DNA of 64,000 nucleotides from Flaccisagitta enflata (Eukaryota): contig OZ231126.1 in NCBI GenBank assembly GCA_965153355.1, forward strand, positions 7,130,001 through 7,194,000, read 5' to 3'. This document shows positions 36,156 through 48,572 of this stretch, in pieces. Below the pieces are notes generated by a model. The model was not told where the DNA came from. It saw only the letters and a program-made list of their open reading frames with translations, and did no database searches. Position 1 is the first letter of the stretch. Every line of letters begins with the position of its first letter. The translations under genes were made by a program, and so were the position numbers.

Positions 36156-37921
36156 AAAAAAACTCATCTATTGATGGACCGCAAAGGACAAAGACTGAAA
36201 CAGCTTGCGCTGGTCTAACAGTTGCATAGAGGAGGCATTTTATCTGCATTTTTTGCTTGTTCATCTTTTCCTGATGTTTTTTTTCTTTCAACTATTGTTT
36301 CTTGACTGACAATTGTGATAACCAGCATTTGACAAATCAGAAAGCACAAATAATTTGAAATTGACATAGAGTAATAGATTCATGATTCTAGAGTAATAGA
36401 TTCATGATTCTAGAGCGCATTATGATATTTATTTGCAATTTATGAGGGTTTGATGCATCTGGATATTTGGCATAACTATGTTCTGGTGACACAATAGCTT
36501 AGAATCAAGTTGCTGTAAAAAATTGCCCATCCATGAATAAAATGATGGATTTTTTTCCAAATTAAAGACCAGATCAGATCAAAGTTGAAATTCAATGAAA
36601 TCTTCAGTAGGGAAACATGATACATTATTTGTACCACATAAAGATTCTAATTTTACCTAATCTAAATTGCGACTGATGTTTAATGATCTGCTGACTTAAA
36701 CTGTTGTAAAAGGTTTTTTTAAATCTACTACCATCCCCTTTTACAACAGGGCCACTGAATGTGTGGTACTGCTGTGGAAGTTCATCACGAGAGAATTTCT
36801 GTGCCCTCATTTTGAGAATCACTCTCAAACAAATTAGCTCATCGCTATCATTAGTTTTTATATGGTTACACTAGTGTTGATAGTAAATCCATACAATTAG
36901 TGGACAGGAATATCTTGTTTACATTAATGAATCTATTTTTAGTCGCGGACACGCGACTCTATAAGCTACTTTTTGGTCCGTCGGTCCGTCTGTCGGTCGG
37001 TCCGTAACAAAGTGCTTTTTCGAGGTTTTCCGCTCCTGCCCACCCGTCCGCGACTAATGCTGCCGTTTATACGGCCTTGTTTATTTTGCAACCCCTCTGT
37101 CCACTAAGTTCTCATCAGATAGGAAAAAATATTTTTTTCATAGTTTTTTTCCTCTGTATATCAACAACTTAGCATCTTTGACCTGAGGGGTTAAAACACT
37201 GTGTTCTAAAATTTGTTTGTGACCCATAGGATCAAAACAAGCTCCCAAGTCTTGTATTATGCCCTAAAAAGCCAAACAATGGCGCACAACAGTCATTTTT
37301 CTTTAGGAGATATCAGAATGTAATTGCTTTTTTCCAGGAAATATAATACTGAATAAATAAAGTAATGCAACCCTGCTTTAGAATTTCACTCATGGCAAAA
37401 AATACCCAGCTCCACAAATTAGGGCACTTTTCCCCTTATTTTTTGCTAGCTGCAGCAGATTGAATGCAATCAATTTTTTCCATTTGAATTCATTTTAATG
37501 GATGCTCCATATTTGATGACAGATGAAACATTTACAAGTGTGTGATTTATTTCCTTGCTCTTTTCTTGCCCATTAGCCCTAAAGAGAGTAGATGTCGACT
37601 AGACTTGAAAATATGGGGGACTAATACTTAGAATAACCTTTAAATGTATAGAATCAAACTATTTATGAGCAATGCTTTACGCTAAAAGGGATTTATAGAA
37701 GGTGATTGAAAAAAATTGTTGGAATTAAGTGGAACAAACTCCTTGTGGGTAAACAGAAGTTAGATATGATGAAGTGGTTTAATCATTTAACTATTGAAGT
37801 ATTATGACTTGAAGTATTATGACTTATGATTAATGAGTCATAATCTGGGCCGAGCGTGACACTGCGGTAAACCTCTATCCCGTGGACGTTGCAACAACGC
37901 CATTTTCCGCCACGTGGCGTA

Positions 37922-38526
37922 CTACCAGAATTAAAAAAAACGCAAGTTTTTTCTATGTTAATTTCCGCCCCTTTGACTCATTTCAGAAACAGTTTATTGG
38001 TGACCAAATTGAAGATTTTTTCAAGAGCTTTCTTTTGAGCGCAATCCCACATTTGTTGCTTTATTCATTTAGAAGTTACATTTAAATGAAGGTGTGCAAG
38101 TCAAAATTTCATTTCACAGTTAGAGGAGAAAGAGGCCATTTCTGATTCAATATTATTTCTCTATGGTTGTTTTTTTTTGTACCCATATGAGAATTAGTGC
38201 TCATTCCGTCACCAATCATGGTGCTCACTTGAAAGTTGCCAATATCTGACATGAAAAATGAAGCACTAATAGCGGGTAAGTGTGATAAAACCTCCAAAAT
38301 CATCATGGATATTCCTGGATACTATAGAAGTTTTTTCTCCAAAATACCTTCTGCTTTTCCGTGGCTTTTTATCATCAGTAACTGAATTCTATTGACTAAA
38401 ACTCTCAAATCTGATGGACAGAAGCTCTAAAAAAACCAACTTGCCCTCAAAATGCTGCTGAGAAGAGAAATATAGTCCAATTTAAACAATCCTATGAAAA
38501 ACTTGCGTTTTTTTTAATTCGGGTAG
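37922..38526. mobile_element. TA-flanked MITE with CTACC.GAATTAAAAAAAACGCAAG termini
   Basis: About 30-bp TIR with TA on both sides; it sits inside an older GTAGATGTCG-family element (about 37588-39266). Confidence 0.8.
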
Positions 38527-38716
38527 TAGCGATGCAATTCATTGCAATATCGTGTCGGGGACGGTACGGTATGGTATGGGACGGGTCTTCAATTATCATA
38601 AGTATCTGTATTTACTCATCTGTGATTAGAATTTCAAAAAAAAAGCTAGACAACCTCACATTTTTAAGGAGGACATATCACTTGTCAGACTTGGACAGAC
38701 AGAAAAGGAGATATAA

Positions 38717-38970
<254 letters not shown>

Positions 38971-40939
38971 TTCTCAATACCGTTACCGTCACGGCCAAGC
39001 AGCCCATTATCGTTTTAGGGCGACCCTGCCCTTTTTCCGCAACCGGAACGAACTTCCCGTTTCACGCTCGGGCCAGGTCATAATGCATCCAGATGTCTTT
39101 GCTAAGAGAGCGGGCAATCCTATATTTTTTCCTAACTTAAGCTGGAAAGGGATGCCATATTCAGTTAGTTACCACTTAAAGGCTTGGCAAAATAATTATT
39201 GATCTGTTTACTAAATATTCAAGCTATGAGTTCCACATAGTATGATAGTACCAGACGACATCTACGACATCTACTTTTCTGGCAAAGAATGCCTGTGGGC
39301 TAATTTCCATGGATCTTTATGTTGTTTTACAGTTGGTGCATTCATGAAAAGATATTCAATACATTAAACAAAAAAAGGAAAAAGATTATGATAAATAGGT
39401 TCAATGTACTGTGATTACGACGTTGTCTCTCATCAAAACTGGAGCCTTGTGTTGTTGTGCATCGTAGCCTCGATTTCGTTTGCATTTGACCCGCATGTTC
39501 TGATCAAATAAAAAAGTTTGTTCTTTTTTTACAATCTAATTAAAATGAGTAGTCTTTGATCTTTTTTAGGTGCGGACACGCAGCTCTGTGAGAGGCTTTG
39601 ATCGTTCGTCGGTCCGTCCGTGAACAAAAGTCGAAAAGTGCAGAAACGAGCGCTAAAGATGCTTTTGGTGTATGTGTCTGTGTTGGATAGGGGGTTGGGT
39701 GGGGCGTTGGGTGTGGATGGGGGTTGGCTGCCCCTATCCACCCGTCCGCAACGATATTGTGACCCCTCGTTACTTATTCCGCCCATTGGTTACTAAACAA
39801 GTATAAGTAATGCAAAGTCATGGTATCGTCGCGGACAGGTTAGAAGGGGCATACAACCCCCCGCCATAAACACACGCTTGCAACTGCAGCATTATGCCGG
39901 TAAATTTGGCTCAACGTTCAAAGTTCCTTCGCCATCATACCATTTACACGGCATTTAGGCAATAACTCAGACAAGCAGAGGTCAGTATTTGATAAAGAAA
40001 CCCGCACTGCAGCACAATGGTTAAGAATATGAAAGCAATTTTATGTCCAATAAAACTCTACAGCGTCGCTGTGCTGGTTTCTTGATCAGATACCGGCATT
40101 CGGTTTTTCTAACATAAATAAATAGGAATTTGAACACATGGTTAGCTTGCTATCTAACTCGTAAAAAATCCCTTGTCAAACCCCTTGGCTAAACGCCCTA
40201 CTGCAGCATCTTCTATGCACACTTTCGTCCTGTGTTGCATGTTGAGCTTGTTTCTCCGTGAACACAACCATGTGGAAGAAACCAGTTAGAGAGACAGGCA
40301 GCCAATCAAATAAGTAATTCAGTGTGTGGAATGTGGGGATGCTGGAAGAAGCGTCAATTCTTTCGCCGCTTCCACTGCTCCCATATTGCACTCCAATAAA
40401 TGATTTCAAAGATCTGTGATTTACTCGTTACATTCACTTTAAAGATCCCGTTTATAAGTCTTCATTTGTTTTGCAAATCGTTAAGATTTCTTTTGCTTTT
40501 CTTTCTCAACAGAAATAAATGATTTAGCGAGCTATCCCAGCGCGATCGACCATGAAGCGGCCAATCGCTTCAACATAGTAGAATGCAGTGCAAATCGCAG
40601 ACGAATTTTGAATGTGATGCTCAAAACTCTGTTAGATCAAGAGGTTGTTTTTAAGCTGTCAAAATACTGTAGATTCGTCGTCGTGAATTTAGTCATTCGC
40701 TCAGCGTCAGACTTGGCGTTACTGCCGATATATCAAGCCCTTGAGTTCTGAGATACAACTCTCAGACCCAGCATGCAGCAGGACTCTAAGCTCTCGAGAC
40801 TCGAGTGTGGGTCCAAATGAAAGATTTTAAGAGAAAGGGTTTAACCAAATAAAGAGTCAAACCAAATCCGAAGAAAAAGTCTTCGTCATTGAAATTATGT
40901 CTTAGTCAATGAAAACATGATTTGAGATTTGCTGAATAT

Positions 40940-42270
40940 TTTTAGTCGCGTGCTCGCGACTTTACAGCTCGCTACATAGCATTGTATTGCTCCTGCCCTG
41001 TTGCTTGAGTTAGAATATTTTATCACTGCCCCTGCGGCCCTGCCTATCCGCGCTACTTTGGTTGCCGTTTATCCGGCCTTTTTAGGTGCGACAAAGCACC
41101 TCTATAACTGGCTGTGTCCGTCTGTCGGTCGGTCGGTCTGTAACGCATTCGTTCGACGATCCACACGTCGAATCATTGGCCTACTTGGCCTTGTTTCTAA
41201 AAAAGACAACATCTCTAATGGGGGGGTCGGTATCAACCTACTTTGGAAATGCCAATCGGACATATCACCAGACCATGCGCAATCACAAAACAACCTGAGA
41301 ACTAGAAGGAAAAGTTCATGAGATTTTATCATTTATAGTCGTGCCAACTCTACCTTTCCCATAGTAAAGTATAGGAGCTTCCTCTTCCTCTTCCTTCTCC
41401 CTATTCATTACAATGTAAATAAGGGGTGTGGCACGACTGTAAATGATATGGCGTGACTCCTTTTTCCTTTCACATGTGTTTATATATCGTTTTTGTGCAC
41501 ACTTTGGTCATATGTCCGACTGGCATTTTCAAAGTTCGTTGTTACCGACCCCCCCAATCTATAAGTCGCGTGCGAGACTTAGAATGACTGACTAGTGAGT
41601 ACACTCTTAAATGACTTTAAATGACTGAAGGAAATAAAGTTGACAAAAAAGTGAAAGTGTGACAGACTGACAGACAGACCGACCAACAAGCGGACGGACA
41701 GACGGACAAAGCGGGATGTAGAGTCGCGTCCACGCGACTAAAAACAAATGAATAAGATTTAAAAATTAATAAATGAATTGAAAAAGAGAAAAAAAAATCA
41801 GCAAGTGACTTAATTTTTAAGTCGCGTGCTACGCCAATCTATGACTCGCTATGTCGGTCGGTCTGTCGGTTTGTCCATCGGTCGGTCGGTCTCCGTTAGT
41901 TTTTTTTTGGCATTTATGGGCGGTTTTCGTGTTGCAGCTCCTGCCCAATCACTTGAATAGCCTTTTATATAACTGCCCCTGCCCACCCGCAAGCGACTTC
42001 GGTAGCCGTGTATACGGCCTTGTTATAATGCTCATGACTGTTTTACCTATGGCGACAGCCGCCATCGCTGGTATACTAGTACAACTTTACAATAAACACT
42101 ACAACACATCGCATTCTGTTTATTTAGCAGTTTTTAGTCGCGTGCACGCGACTCTACAACCCGCTTTGTCAGTCGGGCGGTCGGTCAGTCGGTCGGGCGG
42201 TTGGTCGGTCAATAATATGGCCCCTGCCCACCCACACGCGACTTCGGCAGCCGTGTATCCGGCCTTGTCT
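40940..42270. mobile_element. Cluster of four to five family A-type Helentron/DINE-like copies
   Basis: Repeated tttagtcgcgtg..cgcgact starts and ccgt.tat.cggccttg ends at about 40940, 41080, 41640-41742 (minus), 41815 and 42131. Confidence 0.65.
41220..41555. mobile_element. PIF/Harbinger-superfamily-like MITE
   Basis: GGGGGGGTCGGTA..AAC / GTTACCGACCCCCCC with ~50-bp imperfect TIR; 3-bp TSD AAT. Confidence 0.7.
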
Positions 42271-44092
42271 TTCTAACTTCTTACTCTTTTTCTTCTATTT
42301 CTTCGCCTCTTTTCAATTTCTTCCCACTTAACTTCTAGCTTCTCCCCGTTCCCTTCATTTTCTTCTTCCTCATCATTTCCTTTCCTTTTCTCATCAGTTT
42401 CTTTCCCCTGGATCTGGACTTTTTCCTTTTATATTTCTCCTTCTTCTTCTTCATCTGCTCTTGCTTCTTCTTCTTCTTTTTCTTCTTCTTCTATGAATCT
42501 TCTTCTTCTTCTTCTTCTTCTTCTTCTTCTTCTTCTTCTTCTTCTTCTTCTTCTTCTTCTTCTTCTTTTTCTTCTTCTCCTTCTACATTTCCCCTTTCCG
42601 TCCTCCTCATCTTTCTCCTCCGCCCTCAGCTTCACTTCCTCATCCTCTTTTTCCCCTTTCTCATCATCCTTCGCCTCCGACCTCCCTTCCTCTTCATTTT
42701 TCTCCTCAATCGGCTGAGAGAGTAGCTGCACTGAGCCGATTAGCGTAAGCTGTTCACTGTCGACTGGTCGACTGGCTTCGAAAAAAAAAGAAGAGATTTT
42801 TATTTCAGCCACGCCGTTATTGAAATTAAGAATCTTTCTATTTTTAAGGAAGAGGACTACAAAAAGAAGGCTCGGCAATTTAAGAAGCCCCAGAGCTGGA
42901 AGCCCTGAGTGAACATGAGAAGCCCCAAGTGGATGGGAGAAGCCCTAGGATTTAAGAAGCCCCTGTAACTATTGTATGTGGGGGCTTCTCATATCCTCTG
43001 AGAGCTTCTCATATCCAATAAAGGCTTCTAACTATGGGGCTTCTCACAGTAAATAAGACTGGGTTTGGCAATATAAGAAGCCTCTATGTCGGAAGCCCAA
43101 AGTGGATGTAAGAAGCCCTCTAGATATGAGAAGCCCTTAGTGAACGTATGACGCACAGCATTTTCAAGCGTTCAACCCATGATTTTAACTCAGGATAAAC
43201 TGGTAAATTATTTCACGAAGTAGAAAACTGAGTAATAGCCAAGAGCATACTATTAATGAGGCCAGTTACATAGCTTCCTCAATTGAGTGTGGGTAAGCAA
43301 GATCATTATCTAAAGCCGCTAGATAATTTGGGCAGAAACAATGAGGTAAAACATTATAAATTAAAGAGTAAATTGTGACGGATAAATGGACTGGCTAACA
43401 GCCGGATGGACGAAGCGAGGTGTTGAGTTGCGTAGTATGCAACTTAAAATATATTGTGTGGAGTATTTCTATTTTGAATTTACATACTATATTTTAAGCA
43501 TATAAGTTACAAAAATAATGAAATGTTTATTTTTCATTTTTTTTGATTGATAGGCTAATTTGGCCAATTGAGGTTGAAGAAAAAGATAAAGTGCATATCA
43601 AAATTGAAAAATTTAAAAAAAACCGCTTATTTTGAAGAGGGCTTCTTATATCCACCCGGGGCTTCTCACATCCTCTCGGGGCTTCTGCGCCGGGGCTTCT
43701 TACGGATTTTTCCCCAAAAAGGCTGGCGTTTGAACCCAAGGAACGCATCCAGGGATCTATTTATGTTTCTTCGCAAGAATTTTTCCCCTGCGGTCACCGT
43801 TAGATTATTGATATCGTCGCTCTCGTGTCAATTAGTCCGTCACTATGCTGCTTCTCAATGTGCTGACATGATCTTATCCGTCCGACCGGACTGCGAAGGG
43901 GGGGGGGGTTATACCAATGACTCTTGTTATGTCTGAAATCTTTTCCTCCCATCCAGGCCAGACCAGTACGTGATACGGACCACAGACGCGATTGTCTAGG
44001 GCTCCAAGGATAAGTGCAATTTACAAGGACTCCAATGAATACCTTCGTTCTGCCCCCGACCACGGAAGGTTTGGCATCGAAGGAAAAACGCG

Positions 44093-44100
44093 ATGGACAA
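44093..44100 (+). CDS. Candidate first coding bases (ATG GAC AA) of the GPATCH8-like gene, in exon 43957-44100
   Basis: cttttcctcccatccag| acceptor, strong AA|gtaagt donor, phase 2 matching the 48322 acceptor (giving MDNDANSVTSP), in-frame TGA upstream. Confidence 0.4.
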
Positions 44101-44507
44101 GTAAGTTTGAATGTTTTGGACGCGATAAGGATAAAGGGGGGGAGGGTCATTGCTAAGCAATGGGCCATTTTCCGTAAGAGATTGTGGCGTGATAAGTGAG
44201 GGGTTGCCTACCCCTTCTCGCCTGTACGTGTTTGCGTGCTACCTAACGAAGTGCGAGCGATTTCTTTCCTCCCTTTCTCCTTGAGCTGTCGACCCTTTTC
44301 CGACCGTGGCTTAGAATCAGATGTCATCTGTTTTTCATTGGTCATCTTTTAAGTTGCGTGACCTAATGGGTTGCTGCACGAAATGGATGGAAGTTCGTGT
44401 CTCCGTTTCAAGGAAATTCGTTAATACAAGTTTCTTTTTCTGATCGGTTTCTATGCTGAATACAGCCATGTACCGATGTACGAAACTGCATCGTGTTTAC
44501 GGTGCCA

Positions 44508-44528
44508 TTTTTCGATGCGTTTTGTTCT

Positions 44529-44568
<40 letters not shown>

Positions 44569-44572
44569 TTTT

Positions 44573-44612
<40 letters not shown>

Positions 44613-44716
44613 GCTTTCTTGCTTGCTTGCTTGCTTGCTTGCTATCTGTTTTTTCTGTCTTTCTGCTTTCTTTCTGCCTTTCTTTCTGCGTGCCTTTTTT
44701 CGATGCGTTTTGTTCT

Positions 44717-44799
<83 letters not shown>

Positions 44800-44985
44800 A
44801 TCTGTTTTTTCTGTCTTTCTGCTTTCTTTCTGCCTTTCTTTCTGCGTGCCTTTTTTTCTGCCTACCTTTCTTTCTGCCTGCCTCTTTCTACCTGCCTTTC
44901 TGCCTGCCTTTCTTTCTGCCTTTCTGCCTTTCTTTCTGCCTTTCTTTGTCTTTCTTTCTTTTTTTCTTTCTTTCTTTGCCCTCTT
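44508..44985. repeat. Duplicated ~190-bp (TTTC)n(TTGC)n compound unit
   Basis: tttttcgatgcgttttgttcttc starts both copies (about 44508 and 44696). Confidence 0.85.
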
Positions 44986-45758
44986 TGCAAATTCGATAAA
45001 TACGAGTGGGCAGGGGAAATAATGACTACAATCTTCAAAAACGAAATCTTTCCACCTGAAAATTAGCGAAGATTACCACCCCTAATCGAACAAAGCAACA
45101 ACAACCAGATTGGCCCAACATGAAAGAGTTGTTTTAATTATTTTTAACGAAACCAATCTGGGGTCAATCTAGCGTTATTCGTTGAGGAGCAACACTTCTT
45201 CAAAGTTAAAAAGATTCTATTTGTGGAGATGTCTCACTGTATACAACCACTTCCGAGCTGGGGCCGGGCAGTTATGCTGATGAAAGAAAGTGAAAAATGC
45301 AGGGAATGTAAAAAAAACAAAATTTTGAAAAAAAACCCGGTTTATTTAAAAAAACCGGTTTTTATCAGGGTTTTTTTTTCAAAGCTCCGTTTTTTTCAAA
45401 ACCTAATAGCGCATTACCTACAAATGACCTTTTCAAACCATACTCTACATGTGTATACTATTTTAAAGCATTCTAAAAAGATTGCTATGATATTTAAGTG
45501 TTTGTAAGACATTGAGGGTATTGAGATGAGGTTGCTAGGGGTTGTCACACATGGATACGCTCCCTAGCAACGGCCAAACGAGCGACATTCTTACAGAACA
45601 TACTGTGGGAAAGTTGTAGCAAATTTTATTTTAAGCAATGTTCCCTAAAAAAATCTCTCAAAATATTGATACTTTAGCGAGAATACATGGAAATGTGTTT
45701 CCATGGCAACCAGCTATCATGGGGAATTAAGCATCCTTTGATTAGTTTATGATCCAAA

Positions 45759-46184
45759 TACTTTTTTTTTTTTATAAGAACGTCATTTTTTTTTCGAAGG
45801 CTTCATGTTCTTATTTTCAAGGCTAAATGAAGCCTTCAATGTTCTTAGAGCGTTCTTAATTTAAAATACTATATAAACTATAAAAAACCTTATAATATAC
45901 TATTATTTGATTATATCAAATATATTTCTATTGAATACTATTAAAACAAATGCTAAACATTAATGTCTGGGGATATTTTCTTGGTTTTTATTTTAGAAAT
46001 TAAAAGATTTTAGATTAATTATACTAAAATATTAGTGTTTTGTTAATGTTCTTTAAATGTTACTTTAAGCAAAATTTTTTTCTCAAGATTTGAAGCCTAC
46101 GTATGTTCTTAAGATGTTCTTAATTTTAGGGCCATTTGAAGCCTTGATGTTCTTATAAACTAGGTTCTTATAAAAAAAAAAGTG
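45759..46184. mobile_element. MITE, inverted copy of 19790-20202
   Basis: Reverse-complement similarity along its length; terminal T-run ATAAGAAC repeats. Confidence 0.8.
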
Positions 46185-46260
46185 TATCGCTCCCCTACCT
46201 TCATTTGTCTTTCCACAATGCTTGCCCCCGTTGTCTCAAGTCTAGACGAGATCTACTGTA

Positions 46261-46684
46261 TGATAGGTGGAACAACATCCCTCACTATACCCAAACTAAA
46301 ATAAATGGAAGAGGGCCTTGTGAGCCCTCACTGACTAGTTACTACGCGCATCACTCCTAGTTTTCCATAAAACAGACCCTGAGTAGCATTCCCTCTCACT
46401 CTAACCCAAAAGAAAACTCCTTACCAAAATAGTTAAGGGCTAATGTAACAAATCACCCGAGGGTAACATTGTTAAGAAACCATACCCTTAAAGGATAGAA
46501 TCGAGGTCAAGCTTACTGCGACCGCCGGACATTCCAATCCAAGGTACTGAGTAGTATGATAGGTGGAACAACATCCCTCACTATACCCAAACTAAAATAA
46601 ATGGAAGAGGGCCTTGTGAGCCCTCACTGACTAGTTACTACGCGCATCACTCCTAGTTTTCCATAAAACAGACCCTGAGTAGCA
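46261..46684 (-). mobile_element. TRIM-like miniature LTR retroelement
   Basis: Identical 128-bp TG...CA direct repeats (46261-46388, 46557-46684), 168-bp non-coding interior, 4-bp TSD TGTA, purine tract AGAGTGAGAGGGAA next to the LTR on the minus strand. Confidence 0.8.
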
Positions 46685-47118
46685 TGTATGTATCACTTTG
46701 AGAATCATTTGAGAATCATTGTCATTGTCAGTGTTGTCACTTTTGTCACTATGCATATACGATCTGATTGACTACTGTAAACTGTCAGTTTCACTGATGA
46801 CAATTCTGTCATTGTTTTAAGTATGTTGTCACTCACCATGTCAGATAGCATTACCAATGATTTATATAATTTTGATATGAAGAAACAAGAAGTTGAAGAC
46901 TTGAAGATAAAATATATCACTCTGAATGTTTTGTAAAATTTTTAAAAGGGTTAGAATTACAGCTTTTAATGAAATCCTAGAATTTGGTCACATGCGCAAC
47001 TTCTTCCGGGTCAAAATTTTGAAAAAAACCCACTTTCGTCGGGTTTTTTCAAAATTTTCTTTGAAAAGAACCAATAAAACCCGGCAATAAAAACCGTGTT
47101 TTTGTCAAGCGGTTTTTA

Positions 47119-48178
47119 CACTTTTTTTTTTTTATAAGAACGTCATTTTTTGAGCAAGCCTTCAATGTTCTTAAATTTTCAGCAGTTTCAAGGCTTGAAC
47201 GTTCTTAAATTGTTCTTAATTCAAACGCACTTTTTAGCCTTCAATTAAGAACGTTCTTTATTGTTTTAAGTTGGTCATTAATGAGAAAATGAAGGAAAAT
47301 GTCAATGAAACAATAAAGAAGAAGATTTAAACATTTTAAATGAATTAAGATCAATGAAAGTAGAAAAATATATGCTATATAAACAGGGGCGGCGAGAGAA
47401 ATGGCGGGCCCCCCCCTCTAGCCTCTTTGGCCGGGCCCCCCCTACCCCCCCCCCCGCACACCCCCTACCCCCCCTCCCCCAGCACACCCCCCTACCCTCC
47501 CCCTTAGCATGCGACTAAAAACCACTTAACTTAAAAAAAGGTCATTATAACTTCCCTTTAAAATCTTTTGTTACCTTAATCTGCCCATTTGAAGGTAGAA
47601 TGCACCAAATCTCTAGATAAATTGGGAACTGAGACTTTACCTTAAAATTGGCATTGATCTAATCTAGATGGGGCCTAAACTTGATCCATTAAGTCCTACA
47701 GGGCTCAAACATGATCATGTCTGAATTCAATCAATTTGGCTGTATGTACAGATTGAACCTTCTCATTATCACAAACCACTCTTCATCCTTTTTTCTTTTC
47801 TTTTTTTCTCCTCCTTTTTTTTCCTTTTTCTTCCTTTTCTTTCTCTCTTTTTTTCTAACCTCAGGGGCCCTCCCGGGCCCCCCTGGGGCCCGGGCCCCCC
47901 TTCTAAGGTGGGGTTGACCCCCCCTCTCGCCGCCCCTGTATATAAAGTGAGACATGATTTGCTGAACAGAAAAGATATGGAGTCTGTCCATTTACAAAAA
48001 ACAATTAATTAAAAAAAGCCCAGAAAAAAAAATGTTCTTAGATTTTTAAGATTAAGCCTAATGTTCTTAATTTTTTCAAGAAATGAAGCCTTCCAATGTT
48101 CTTAGCATGTTCTTAAATTTTTGACGATTTGAAGCCTAACGTTCTTATAAACTTGGTTCTTATAAAAAAAAAAAAGTG
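47119..48178. mobile_element. CACTTTT..ATAAGAAC-family MITE containing a hAT-like insertion
   Basis: Terminal inverted repeats as at 19790 and 45759. Confidence 0.75.
47384..47938. mobile_element. hAT-like MITE with GC-rich ends
   Basis: TIR CAGGGGCGGCGAGAG...CTCTCGCCGCCCCTG; 8-bp TSD TATATAAA. Confidence 0.9.
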
Positions 48179-48321
48179 TTTTCGCTTACATTCCCTGGAA
48201 AAATGTGTGCGAAGAAAGATCGACCGACGCGACCGACATACCAAACGACTTGTTGAATCGCACGCTGTTAGGAATAGTAAGACTCTGCTAGTATATTCCC
48301 TCCCCCCTTCTTTTTTTGCAG

Positions 48322-48407
48322 TGATGCGAATTCGGTGACATCTCCCGTGGCCAGTGGCCAACTCGATTCCAACTCTTCGTTAACGGGCCAAGGTGACGCT
48401 ACCACAA

Positions 48408-48452
<45 letters not shown>

Positions 48453-48572
48453 TGACGACGTCGGATTCCCCCAGTCATTCCCCCACGTTCAGAGACACCC
48501 CGGAACGAGACAAAAAGCATTCTTCGTTGACGCCCCCGCCCACAACAGCAGCCGGCAAGAAGATAGTCCTAG
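48322..48572 (+). CDS. Coding exon of the GPATCH8-like gene (Ser/Thr-rich: DANSVTSPVASGQ...TTTT...AAGKKIVLG)
   Basis: ccccccttctttttttgcag| acceptor, open frame, CTAG|gtaagt donor in phase 1 matching the 57118 acceptor. Confidence 0.7.

Larger units (their letters stand above)
45300..48197. mobile_element. hAT-like element hosting a nest of five insertions
   Basis: TIR CAGGGAATGTAA...TTACATTCCCTG; 8-bp TSD GAAAAATG (45292-45299, 48198-48205). Confidence 0.8.

Noticed and set aside
40513-40750. Open frame after a good acceptor (INDLASYPSAIDHEAANRF...)
   Set aside because: No recognisable homology, no strong donor and no partner exon; it could be a UTR exon but I cannot support it.
42870-43705. 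Cluster of direct and inverted agaagccc motifs as a defined transposon
   Set aside because: It resembles subterminal repeats, but I could not locate termini or a TSD.
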